DNA of 64,000 nt from Haplodiscus bocki (Eukaryota): NCBI GenBank assembly GCA_965655095.1, contig OZ296648.1:73470001-73534000 (forward strand), written 5' to 3'. Position numbers and translations under genes: made by a program. The notes below the pieces were generated by a model. That model was not told the DNA's origin. It saw only the letters and a program-made list of their open reading frames with translations, and searched no databases. This document shows positions 1-12,139 of this stretch, in pieces. The stretch's first letter is position 1; the number at the start of each line of letters is the position of its first letter.

Positions 1-329
1 AACAGAAAATTAAAATTTCTCAAAACGTTGAAAATTGCGTCTTTTCTGAAAAAAAGATGGGTTTTTCGAAAAAATATTGATTTTCTTCCCAAAATACTGA
101 AGGTGGCAAGTTTGCTGTAGAATTCGTTTCACACGGTTTTTTTTAAAATTGTCTGCTGCCCCACTTTTGTGGTTTTTGCAAAAAAAACTAGGAAACTTTG
201 AACGTTTGAAAAGTGGATGCTATGATGAAGAAAAAGTGTTTATTCGAAAAAAAGTTTTCATTTTCAAGGCATTTCTTACAAAAATGGGAAGCTGCAAAAG
301 GTGCCAGTGGTAGCCGGCCGTCTTTTTGT
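1..329 (+). mobile_element. 3' part of Helitron-like non-autonomous module (copy 0, cut by window edge)
   Basis: Same sequence as ~2950-3278. Ends GCCAGTGGTAGCCGGC-CGTCTTTTTGT, an imperfect hairpin followed by a T-rich ..TTGT end. Confidence 0.45.
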
Positions 330-2556
330 ATTTACAGTAGACGTCATTTGGCTAAAATTCTTATCCTGTAGTTAATGTTCTCACGACACAAAGTAATTAA
401 AATCTGTTTTACCAATTCTGTCATAACTTGTATAACCTATTCTTTCCTATTCCTGATTTTGCTGGAATATTTTCATTACCCTTGTAAAACACAGTTCCCT
501 TCGATCGTGTAAGTCGTTTGATATTTCGTTTTAAATTGCTTTCACCGCATTCGAATACAATCACCTTTTTTTTCTAGTATAACAATTTCAATAGGTAATT
601 GTAATTTCCCACTTCCCATTTTGCTAATATTTTTTCGAATATTGATAGCAATGCCACTGAATCTGTTCCTGTTTTAGGTTGTGCCGTTAGTGATTGGGAT
701 TCAAAAGTTTGAAACTCTTTAGTGTTTTCTCACATCTGATTTTAATACTTGCTGCCTGCTGTTTTGTCAACTCCACATTTGATATGATTTTTTTGTAGAA
801 AAAAATTATCTGTGGAGTTTTGTCATTAGTATTAAAATCATAAGTTTTTTTCCGATACCTGCAATCGAAAAAATGTTGAAATTTTTTCGCAAAATCACAA
901 TTGACATTGGTGTGGATAGACCGACCGGTCTTTGGGGGGTCTTCTCTCTTTGGGGTTATTTTTCTGAAAGGGACTCTGCACGTTTACATCATTTCTATAT
1001 TTTTAATGGGGCAATCTCAATTCCCCAGCTCTTTTCAGGTTTGCCTTTGGGCTCATTTAAGGTTACTCTTTTCTGTGCACAAAAAATTACTCTGTTTTAC
1101 TGTATAAAGTTGTGGATTGATTTTGAGTCTGTGTTGTTTCTTCTGGTAGCTGAATCTCTAGTGAAAGGTGAAAACAGTTATTCAAACTAAGTGTGATTTT
1201 GTTATTTGAGTCTTTTTCCTCATTAGGAGTTTCTTTTTTTATCTTAAAAATTTCATCGGTTAAGTTTGCTAGATTTTTCGTTTATTTCAAATACTAATTT
1301 TCATTTTGTTCAGCTTCGACATGTGTCAAAATTCCAACTTTCTTATTTACCAATTTCAAGTCTGCAATTGACTCTTCTTTGGGTGTTTTCGCAGTAGATG
1401 AATTATCTAGAATTTTTGAACAAAAGTTGAGTCTTTTTCCTTTACATTTTTCTTTTTGATACGAAATCTTTTCCTCAAAAAAAACATCACTTTCCTTAAT
1501 TTTTTTAAATTAGACATCAAAAAAACTACGAAAGACCAATGTTTAAAAAATTTGTGTAATTCAAAAAAATCACACCTAAAACGAAAACCTGGATTTTGAA
1601 CACAGCCTGAATCTTTGAGATATGGAAAAAATTATTTTTTTAATGCTGAAAATTGACCACACTTTACACAGTTTTCTACACACACGGTATTCGATTTTAT
1701 GGTTGTTGATGATCTTACGTGGAAATCGTTAGTGAGTTTTTTATTTTATTTGGTACACTTTTGGGCCTTTCGGTAGCCTAGACAATAGTGGTTAACAACA
1801 GCAACCCAATCCATTTTACTCCCAGCCTCTTTTCTTCTTTTTTTTCTATGCTTTCACGTGTTTTTACTCAAACTCCTCCGTTTCCGGCAAAATATAACCT
1901 TGTTTTTTTTTCAATTTTTCAAGAATAACGATTGTTAGCGACTTGCTTCCATGCTGTTAATAGCCTGCATTTGTCCCTTGCCAAACTCCTTTCTTTTTTT
2001 TGTTACAATACTAAACACACACAGATTTCAGCCAAAATCGAAACGATGTCAGCAACCAACCAAAAATGATCATGAGAACCATAAAAAATCGTCAGCCAAA
2101 AGAGTTTAGTATCAAAATCAAAACAACGGAAAGCCACCCGAGGTCTCCCGATGGGTCGAGGTGCTTTCTCGGACTGAGCAGCAAGTCGGATCTTTTTTGC
2201 CTGTCATAAATCATTGCGGAATTTCATTTGATAAGCTGACTCTTTTACTAGTAATATCGCAAAAGAGTACACTTCCAAGGTAAACTAAAAGCTCCTCTTC
2301 GCCGCTTTTAGAGCAAAAATTACTGGAGAGTGCATATGTTGAAGTGAAAAGTAGTCAAGTTCCACTGTATTGTTCCTTGTATTCGTTTCTTGTCGAAAGG
2401 ATTATAAAGAAGAAGTCATCTGTCAAACCTTGACCAATGAGTACCAACATTGCCAAAAGTTCGAGTGCATTTCTGTTACGTTCATTCAATTTCCTGTTGT
2501 TTTCAGCATCCATGTCAAATGTTGCAAAAGTTTTCTACATCCGCGAAGTCTTCCCA

Positions 2557-3278
2557 TTATTGCCAAATTGGCCAAAGTCGCCAGCAGGGCCTAAATGGCC
2601 GAAATTTCCAAAAAGACCAGAACCACCAAAATGACCAAAACTACTAAATGGGCAGAATAGCCATAATTGCAAAAGTATCCAAAATTGCCAAAACTACCAA
2701 AGTGACCAGAACCGCCCGAATGTTTAAAATTGCCAGAATTGCCAAATTGGCCAGAATGGACAAAATCGCGAAAATGGCCGAATTCGCAAAAATAGCCTGA
2801 ATCGTCAGAGTGGCCAAACTTGCCGAAGTGGCCAAAATAGCCAAAATGGCAAGAATGGCCGAAAGTTGCCAAAAATGCCAAAGTTACCGTAGAAAGCCAA
2901 AATTCATGATAAAATTGCCAAAAAAGTCCAATTTGACAAATTTGCCGAAACAGAAAAAGCAAAGATCTCAAAACGTTGAAAATTGCGTCTTTCCTGAAAA
3001 ATAGATGGGTTTTTCGAAAAAATTTTGATTTTTTTCCCAGAATCCTGAAGGTGGCAAGTTTGCTGTAGAATTCGTTTCAAACGGTTTTTTTAAAATTGTC
3101 TGCTGACCCTCTTTTGTGGTTTTCGCAAAAAAAAACTAGCATACTTTGAACTTTTGAAAAATGGATGCTATGATGATGAAAACGTGTTTATTCAAAAAAA
3201 AAGTTTTCATTTTTAAGGCATTTCTTACAAATTTGGGAAGCTGCAAAAGATGCCAGTGGTAGCCGGCCGTCTTCTTGT
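2557..3278 (+). mobile_element. Helitron-like non-autonomous module (copy 1)
   Basis: Present after CATCCGCGAAGTCTTCCCA in units 1-3 but absent at the equivalent site (~11285) of the last unit. Contains a 9-bp minisatellite and ends with imperfect hairpin GCCAG-TGGTAG-CCGGC just before CTTCTTGT. The repeat is certain; the Helitron class is inferred. Confidence 0.5.
2560..2950 (+). repeat. Degenerate 9-bp-period minisatellite (TTGCCAAAA/TGGCCAAAA); also at ~5402-5790 and ~8403-8790
   Basis: Iterated ttgccaaaa/tggccaaaa/tggccgaaa. Produces the low-complexity 'FGHFGK' and 'AKIAK' ORF-track entries. Confidence 0.9.
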
Positions 3279-5398
3279 ACTTACAGTAGACGTCATTTGA
3301 CTAAAGTTTTTATCCTGTAGTTAATGTTCTCGCGACACAAAGTAATTAAATTCTATTTCACCAATTTTGTCATATCGTATAAAACCTATTCTTTCTTTTT
3401 TCTGATTTAGCTGAAATATTTTCATTACCCTTGTAAAACACAGTTCCCTTCGGTCGTTTAAGTCCTATGATGATTTCGTTTTAGTTTGCTTTCACCGTTT
3501 TGGAATACAATCACCGCATGCCTGCTGTTTTGTCAACTCCACATTTGATAAGATTTTTTTATTAATAAAGATATCTGTCGAGTTTTAACATTAGTATTAA
3601 AATCTTAAGTTTTTTCCGATACCTGAAATCGAAAAAAAGTTGAAATTTTTTCGCAAAGTAAAATCAAATTTGACATTGGTGTGGATAGACCGACCGGTCT
3701 TTGGGGGGTCTTCTCTTTTTGATGTTACTTTTCCTAAATGGACTCTGCACGTTTCATTTCTATTTTTTTTGTAATTCGGCAATCTCACTTCCCCAGCTTT
3801 TTTCAGGTTTGCCTTTGGGCTAATTTAAGGTTACTCTTCTTTTTGCACAAAAAATTAATCTTTCTTTTACTGTATAAAGTTGTGGATTGATTTTGAGTCT
3901 GTGTTGTTTCTTCTGGTAGCTGAATCTCTAGTGAAAAGTGAAAACAGTTATTCAAACTAAGTGTGACTTTGTTATTTGAGTCAATTTTCTCTTTAGGAGT
4001 TTCTTCTTATATCTTAAATTTTCCATCGATTAAGTTCGTTTGATTTTTCGTTTCTTTTCAAATACTCATTTTCAGTTTGTTTAGCTCCGACATGTGTCAA
4101 AGTTCCAACTTTTTTATTTACCAATTTCAAATCTGCAATTGACTCTTCTTTGAGTGCTTCCTCAGTAGATGAATTATCTAGAAGTTTTGAACAAAAGTTG
4201 AGTCTTTTTCCATTACATTTTTCTCTTTGTTACGAAATATTTTCTTCAAAAGAAGACATCAAAAAACTACAAAACACCAATGTTTGAAAAATTTCATAAT
4301 TCAAAAAAACCACACCTTAAGCGAAAACCGGGATTTCGAACACAGCCTGAATCTTTCAGGTATGGAAAAAAAATTTTAATGCTTAAAAGTGATCACACTT
4401 TACACAGTTTTTTACACACACGGTGTTCCATTTTATGGTTGCTGATGATCTCACGTGGAAATCCATAGTGAGTTTTTTATTTTACTTGGTACACTTTTGG
4501 GCCTTTCGGTAGCTTTGACATTAGTGGTTAACAACAGCAACCCAATCCATTTTACTCCCAACCTCCTTTCTCCTTTTCTTTTTCTATGCTTTTACGTGTT
4601 TTTACTCAAATTCCTCCCTTTTCGGCAAAATATAACCTTGTTTTTTTTCAATTTTTTCAGGAAAAGATTGTTAGCGACTTGCTTCCATTCTGTTAATAGC
4701 CTACAATTGTCCCTTGCCGAAATCCTTTCTTTTTTTGATACACCACTGAACACACTCAGATTTCAGCCAAAATCGAAACGATGCAGCAACCAAGCAAAAA
4801 TGACCATGAGAACCATAAAAAATCGTCAGCCAAAAGACTTTAGTATCAAAATCAAAACCACGGAAAACCACCCGACGTTTCCCGATGGGTCGAGGTGCTT
4901 TCTCGGACTGAGCATCAAGTCGGATCTTTTTTGCCTGAATAACGATTGTTAGCGACTTGCTTCCATGCTGTTAATAGCCTGCATTTGTCCCTTGCCAAAC
5001 TCCTTTCTTTTTATTGTTACAATACTAAACACACTCAGATTTCAGCCAAAATGATTGCGGAATTTCATTTGATAAGCTGACTCTTTTACTAGTAATATTG
5101 CAAATGAATACACTTCCAAAGTAAACCAAAAGCTCCTCTTCACCGTTTTTAGAGCAAAAGTTACCGGAGAGTGCATATGTTGAAGTGAAAAGTAGTCAAG
5201 TTCCACTGTATTGTTCCTTGTATTCGTTTTTTGTCGAAAGGATTATAAAGAAGAAGTCATCTATCAAACCTTGACCAATGAGTACCAACATTGCCAAAAG
5301 TTCAAGTGCAGTTTCTGATACGTTCATTCAATTTCATGCTAATTTCAGCATCCATGTCAGAATTTGCAAAAGTTTTCTACATCCGCGAAGTCTTCCCA

Positions 5399-6097
5399 TT
5401 TTTGCCAAACTGGCCAAAATCGCCAGCAGGGCCTAAATGGCCGAAATTTCCAAAAAGACCAGTACCACCAAAATGACCAAAACTACTAAATGGGCAGAAT
5501 GGCCAAAATTGCAAAAATATCCAAAATTTCCAAACCTGCCAAAGTGACCAGAACGGCCCGAATGTTTAAAATTGCCAAAATTGCCAAATTGGCCAGAATG
5601 GACAAAATCGCCAAATTGGCCGAATTCGCAAAAATAGCCTGAATTGTCAGAGTGGCCAAACTTGCCGAAGTGGCCAAAATTGCCAAAATGGAAAGAATGG
5701 CCGAAAGTTGCCAAAAATGCCAAAGTTACCGTAGAAAGCCAAAATTCATGGTAAAATTGTTAAAATAGTCCAATTTGACAAAATTGCCAAAACAGAAAAA
5801 GCAAAAGACCTCAAAACGTTGAAAATTGCGTCTTTTCTGAAAAATAGATGGGTTTTTCGAAAAAATTTTGATTTTTTCCCCAAAATCCTGAAGGTGGCAA
5901 GTTTGCTGTAGAATTCGTTTCAAATGGTTTTTTTTTAAATTGTCTGCTGCCCCACTTTTGTGGTTTTTGCAAAAAAACTAGGAAACTTTGAACGTTTGAA
6001 AAAGCGTTTATTCGAAAAAAAGTTTTCATTTTTGTGGCATTTCTTACAGAATTGGGAAGCTGCAAAAGATGCCAGTGGTAGCCGGCCGTCTTCTTGT
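5399..6097 (+). mobile_element. Helitron-like non-autonomous module (copy 2)
   Basis: Homologous to 2557-3278; hairpin at 6071-6086, end CTTCTTGT at 6097. Confidence 0.5.
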
Positions 6098-8399
6098 GTT
6101 TACAGTAGACGTCATTTGACTAAAGTTTTTATCCTGTAGTTAATGTTCTCACGACACAAAGTAATTAAATTCATTTTACCAATTCTGTCATAACTTATAT
6201 AACCTATTCTTTCTTATTTCTGATTTAACTGAACTATATTCATTACCCTTGTAAAACACAGTTCCCTTCGGTCGTGTAAGTCCTATGATGATTTCGTTTT
6301 AGTTTGCTTTCACTGCATTCGAATACAATCACCTTTCTTTTATAGTATAACAATTTCAAAAGGTAATTGTATTTTCGCACTTCCCATTTTGCTAATACTT
6401 TTTCGAATATTGATAGCAATGCCACTGAATCTCTTCCTGTTTTAGGTTGTGCCATTAATGTTTGGGATTCAAAAGTTTGAAACTCTTTAGTGTTTTCTCT
6501 CTTCTGATTTTAATACTTGCTGCCTGCTGTCTTGTCAACTCCACATTTGATATGATTTTTTTGTAAATAAAAACATCTGTGGAGTTTTGTTATTAGGTTT
6601 AAAATCATGAGTTTTTTTCGATACCTGAAATAAAAAGAGTTATGAATTTTTTTCGCAAAGTAAAATCACATTTGACATTGGTGTGGATAGACCGACCGGT
6701 CTTTGGGGGGTCTTCTCTTTTCGGTGTTACTTTTCCTAAATGGACTCTGCACGTTTCATTTCTATTTATTTTAATTCGGCAATCTCACTTCCCCAGCTCT
6801 TTTCAGGTTTGCATTTGGGCTCACTTAAGGTTACTCTTTTTCCTGCACAAAAAATTAATCTTTGTTTTCCTGTATAAGTTTTTAGATTGATTCTGTGTCT
6901 GTGTTGTTTCTTCTAGTAGCTGAATCTCTAGTAAAAGGTGAAAACAGTTATTCAAACTAAGTGTGACTTTGTTATTTGAGTCTTTTTTCTCATTAGGAGT
7001 TTCTTTTTATATCTTAAATTTTTCATCGATTAAGTTTGCTAGATTTTTCGTTTATTTCAAATACTAATTTTCATTTTGTTCAGCTTCGACATGTGTCAAA
7101 ATTCCAACTTTCTTATTTACCAATTTCAAGTCTGCAATTGACTCTTCTTTGAGTGCTTCCTCAGTAGATGAATTATCTAGAAGTTTTGAACAAAAGTTGA
7201 GTCTTTTTCCATTACATTTTTCTCTTTGTTACGAAATATTTTCTTCAAAAGAAGACATCAAAAAACTACAAAACACCAATGTTTGAAAAATTTCATAATT
7301 CAAAAAAACCACACCTTAAGCGAAAACCGGGATTTCGAACACAGCCTGAATCTTTCAGGTATGGAAAAAAAAAATTTTAATGCTTAAAAGTGATCACACT
7401 TTACACAGTTTTTTACACACACGGTGTTCCATTTTATGGTTGCTGATGATCTCACGTGGAAATCCATAGTGAGTTTTTTATTTTACTTGGTACACTTTTG
7501 GGCCTTTCGGTAGCTTTGACATTAGTGGTTAACAACAGCAACCCAATCCATTTTACTCCCAACCTCCTTTCTCCTTTTCTTTTTCTATGCTTTTACGTGT
7601 TTTTACTCAAATTCCTCCCTTTTCGGCAAAATATAACCTTGTTTTTTTTCAATTTTTTCAGGAAAAGATTGTTAGCGACTTGCTTCCATTCTGTTAATAG
7701 CCTACAATTGTCCCTTGCCGAAATCCTTTCTTTTTTTGATACAGTACTAAACACACTCAGATTTCAGCCAAAATCGAAACGATGCAGCAACCAAGCAAAA
7801 ATGACCATGAGAACCATAAAAAATCGTCAGCCAAAAGACTTTAGTATCAAAATCAAAACCACGGAAAACCACCCGACGTTTCCCGATGGGTCGAGGTGCT
7901 TTCTCGGACTGAGCATCAAGTCGGATCTTTTTTGCCTGAATAACGATTGTTAGCGACTTGCTTCCATGCTGTTAATAGCCTGCATTTGTCCCTTGCCAAA
8001 CTCCTTTCTTTTTATTGTTACAATACTAAACACACTCAGATTTCAGCCAAAATGATTGCGGAATTTCATTTGATAAGCTGACTCTTTTACTAGTAATATT
8101 GCAAATGAATACACTTCCAAAGTAAACCAAAAGCTCCTCTTCACCGTTTTTAGAGCAAAAGTTACCGGAGAGTGCATATGTTGAAGTGAAAAGTAGTCAA
8201 GTTCCACTGTATTGTTCCTTGTATTCGTTTTTTGTCGAAAGGATTATAAAGAAGAAGTCATCTATCAAACCTTGACCAATGAGTACCAACATTGCCAAAA
8301 GTTCAAGTGCAGTTTCTGATACGTTCATTCAATTTCATGCTAATTTCAGCATCCATGTCAGAATTTGCAAAAGTTTTCTACATCCGCGAAGTCTTCCCA

Positions 8400-9097
8400 T
8401 TTTTGCCAAACTGGCCAAAATCGCCAGCAGGGCCTAAATGGCCGAAATTTCCAAAAAGACCAGTACCACCAAAATGACCAAAACTACTAAATGGGCAGAA
8501 TGGCCAAAATTGCAAAAATATCCAAAATTTCCAAACCTGCCAAAGTGACCAGAACGGCCCGAATGTTTAAAATTGCCAAAATTGCCAAATTGGCCAGAAT
8601 GGACAAAATCGCCAAATTGGCCGAATTCGCAAAAATAGCCTGAATTGTCAGAGTGGCCAAACTTGCCGAAGTGGCCAAAATTGCCAAAATGGAAAGAATG
8701 GCCGAAAGTTGCCAAAAATGCCAAAGTTACCGTAGAAAGCCAAAATTCATGGTAAAATTGTTAAAATAGTCCAATTTGACAAAATTGCCAAAACAGAAAA
8801 AGCAAAAGACCTCAAAACGTTGAAAATTGCGTCTTTTCTGAAAAATAGATGGGTTTTTCGAAAAAATTTTGATTTTTTCCCCAAAATCCTGAAGGTGGCA
8901 AGTTTGCTGTAGAATTCGTTTCAAATGGTTTTTTTTAAATTGTCTGCTGCCCCACTTTTGTGGTTTTTGCAAAAAAACTAGGAAACTTTGAACGTTTGAA
9001 AAAGCGTTTATTCGAAAAAAAGTTTTCATTTTTGTGGCATTTCTTACAGAATTGGGAAGCTGCAAAAGATGCCAGTGGTAGCCGGCCGTCTTCTTGT
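8400..9097 (+). mobile_element. Helitron-like non-autonomous module (copy 3)
   Basis: Nearly identical to 5399-6097; hairpin at 9071-9086. Confidence 0.5.
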
Positions 9098-10949
9098 GTT
9101 TACAGTAGACGTCATTTGACTAAAGTTTTTATCCTGTAGTTAATGTTCTCACGACACAAAGTAATTAAATTCATTTTACCAATTCTGTCATAACTTATAT
9201 AACCTATTCTTTCTTATTTCTGATTTAACTGAACTATATTCATTACCCTTGTAAAACACAGTTCCCTTCGGTCGTGTAAGTCCTATGATGATTTCGTTTT
9301 AGTTTGCTTTCACTGCATTCGAATACAATCACCTTTCTTTTATAGTATAACAATTTCAAAAGGTAATTGTATTTTCGCACTTCCCATTTTGCTAATACTT
9401 TTTCGAATATTGATAGCAATGCCACTGAATCTCTTCCTGTTTTAGGTTGTGCCATTAATGTTTGGGATTCAAAAGTTTGAAACTCTTTAGTGTTTTCTCT
9501 CTTCTGATTTTAATACTTGCTGCCTGCTGTCTTGTCAACTCCACATTTGATATGATTTTTTTGTAAATAAAAACATCTGTGGAGTTTTGTTATTAGGTTT
9601 AAAATCATGAGTTTTTTTCGATACCTGAAATAAAAAGAGTTATGAATTTTTTTCGCAAAGTAAAATCACATTTGACATTGGTGTGGATAGACCGACCGGT
9701 CTTTGGGGGGTCTTCTCTTTTCGGTGTTACTTTTCCTAAATGGACTCTGCACGTTTCATTTCTATTTATTTTAATTCGGCAATCTCACTTCCCCAGCTCT
9801 TTTCAGGTTTGCATTTGGGCTCACTTAAGGTTACTCTTTTTCCTGCACAAAAAATTAATCTTTGTTTTCCTGTATAAGTTTTTAGATTGATTCTGTGTCT
9901 GTGTTGTTTCTTCTAGTAGCTGAATCTCTAGTAAAAGGTGAAAACAGTTATTCAAACTAAGTGTGACTTTGTTATTTGAGTCTTTTTTCTCATTAGGAGT
10001 TTCTTTTTATATCTTAAATTTTTCATCGATTAAGTTCGTTAGATTTTTCGTTTCTTTTCAAATATTCATTTTCAGTTTGTTTAGCTCCAACATGTGTCAA
10101 AGTTCCAACTTTTTTATTTACCAATTTCAAGTCTGCAATTGACTCTTCTTTGAGTGTTTCCGCAGTAGATGAATTATCGAGAAGTTTTGAACAAAAGTTG
10201 AGTCTTTTTCCATTACATTTTTCTTTTTGATACGAAGTCTTTTCTTCAAAAAAAGACATCAAAAAACTACGAAATACCAATGTTTGAAAGATTTTCAAAA
10301 TTCAAAAAACCACACCTAAAACGAAAACCTGGATTTCGAACACAGCCTGAATCTTTCAGATATGGAAATAAATATTTTATTATTGCTGAAAATTGACCAC
10401 ACTTTACACAGTTTTTAACACACACGGTATTCGATTCTATGGTTGTTGATGATCTTACGTGGAAATCGATAGTGACTTTTTTAATTTACTTGGCACACTT
10501 TTGGGCCTTTCGGTAGCCTTGACATTAGTGGTTAACAACAGCATCCCAATCCATTTAACTCCCACCCTCCTTTCTTTTTTTTTCTATGCTTTTACGTGTT
10601 TTTACTCAAATTCCTCACTTTTCGGCAAAATATAACCTTGTTTTTTTTTCAATTTTTTCAGGAAAAGATTGTTAGCGACTTGCTTCCATGCTGTTAATAG
10701 CCTACATTTGTCCCTTGCCAAACTCCTTTCTTTTTCTTGTTACAATACAAAACACACTCAGATTTCAGCCAAAATCGAAACGATGTCAGCAACCAACCAA
10801 AAATGGTCATTAGAACCATAAAAAATTGTCAACCAAAAGACTTTAGTATCAAAACAACGGAAAACCACCCGACGTCTCCCGCTGGGTTGAGGTGCCTTCT
10901 CGGACTGAGCATCAAGTCGGATCTTCTTTGTCTGTCATAGATCATTGCG

Positions 10950-11427
10950 GAATTTCATTTGATAAGCTGACCCTTTACTAGTAATATCGCAAATGAGTAC
11001 ACTTCCAAAGTAAACTAAAAGCTCTTCCTCACCGCTTTTAGCGCAAAAATTACTGGAGAGTGCATATGTTGAAATGAAAAACAGTCAATTTCTACTGTAT
11101 TCTTCTTATATTCGGTTTTCTTCGAAAGGATTATAGAGAAGAAATCATCTACGAAACCTTGACCAATGAGTACCAACATTACCAAAAGTTCAAGTGCAGT
11201 TTCTGTTGGGTTCATTCTATTTTCTGTTGTTTTCAGAATCCATCTCAAAATTTGCAGTACAGTTTTCTACATCCGCGAATTCTTCGCAGTCAAATCAGAG
11301 AATCAATTAAAAGAATTCAGTGGGGAATTTCCTCTCACCAAAATCTGCGAAGTTGCTGCTGCTGAGTCAGTCCTTCCATTGTCATTGGTGAAAAGGTTGA
11401 TGTAGATGAAGCAGTTAAAGCCGCCAT
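10950..11427 (-). pseudogene. Decayed intronless ORF of unknown family; its 5'-truncated part is carried in every 3-kb unit
   Basis: From ATG at 11427 (minus): MAALTASSTSTFSPMTMEGLTQQQQLRRFW*EE, frameshift, PLNSFN*FSDLTAKNSRM*KTVLQI, then ORF-track entry 11015..11248 (RWILKTTENRMNPTETALELLVMLVLIGQGFVDDFF...KAVRKSF). Protein-like composition broken by point stops and one frameshift. Confidence 0.45.
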
Positions 11428-11777
11428 CCGAAACCGCAACGGTGTTACGTGGAATATACGCAACGGCGTTTTTTATCAGCCAAAAGGCCTCAGGGAATTT
11501 TTTTATCCCCTCGGAAGAATGTGGACGTAACGATTAGGTTTTTGCAAGTGTCGGAAAACTCGACCGACCAATGTCAGCTTAGCTTCGAAAAGCAGTCAAA
11601 GGTCGTCTCGAGACTGAGAGAAAAATGGGAAAGAGTAGTAAGAGTGTGAGCTGATCAGGTGGGGGGTGTAGGACCCTATGTACCTATGACTTAAGATAAG
11701 CTATAGCGAGCCGAGAGGAGCCGAGAGCCGAGAAGGCTCTTCCAACCTAGCCTAGAGCTCCCGGGTGACGTGATACC

Positions 11778-11920
11778 CGATTCCGATTGGCTGACGAGAG
11801 CCGAGGGTTCTCGGGTGCACGATTCTGATTGGCTGCCGAGAGCCGAGGTTTCTCGGGTGCTCGATTCTGGTTGGTTGCCGAGAGCCGAGGGTTCTCGGGT
11901 GCTCGATTCTGATTGGCTGC
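11778..11920. repeat. GC-rich 42-bp tandem repeat (~3.4 copies) with CCAAT motif on the minus strand and an internal inverted repeat
   Basis: Units start at 11778, 11820, 11862 and 11904: CGATTCTGATTGGCTGCCGAGAGCCGAGGGTTCTCGGGTGCT. GAGCCGAG short repeats flank it at ~11708-11732 and ~11958-11980. Confidence 0.92.
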
Positions 11921-12139
11921 GGGGACGAGTCCTGTCGGTTCAGTGTATCAAGATAAGGAGCCGAGAGCCGAAAGCCGAGTCAATGTATTAAGATAGGTAA
12001 TGCATGTATAAAGGTAGGCAGTGCATGTATTAAATTAGGGAGCCGAAAGCCGAGTGAAGGTATTAAGATAGGTAATGCATGTAATTAGATAGGGGATGCA
12101 TGTATTAAGATAGCCAATAGCATTCGGTAATGTATAGGT

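Larger units (their letters stand above)
1..11285 (+). repeat. Tandem array of ~2.8-3.0 kb composite units (about 3.8 copies in window, continues off the left edge)
   Basis: Marker GCCAGTGGTAGCCGGCCGTC at 303, 3252, 6071 and 9071 (periods 2949, 2819, 3000). Near-identical ORF-track pairs at 4455/7456, 5291/8292, 6243/9243 and 6642/9642. Confidence 0.97.

Noticed and set aside
4455-7953. 165-aa plus-strand ORFs at 4455 and 7456
   Set aside because: GTG start, not preserved in units 1 and 4, and the end is created by the 115-bp insertion.
2437-8724. Low-complexity ORFs (FGHFGKFGH, AKIAKMA, AILAIL) as repeat proteins
   Set aside because: Products of the 9-bp minisatellite, open in several frames on both strands.
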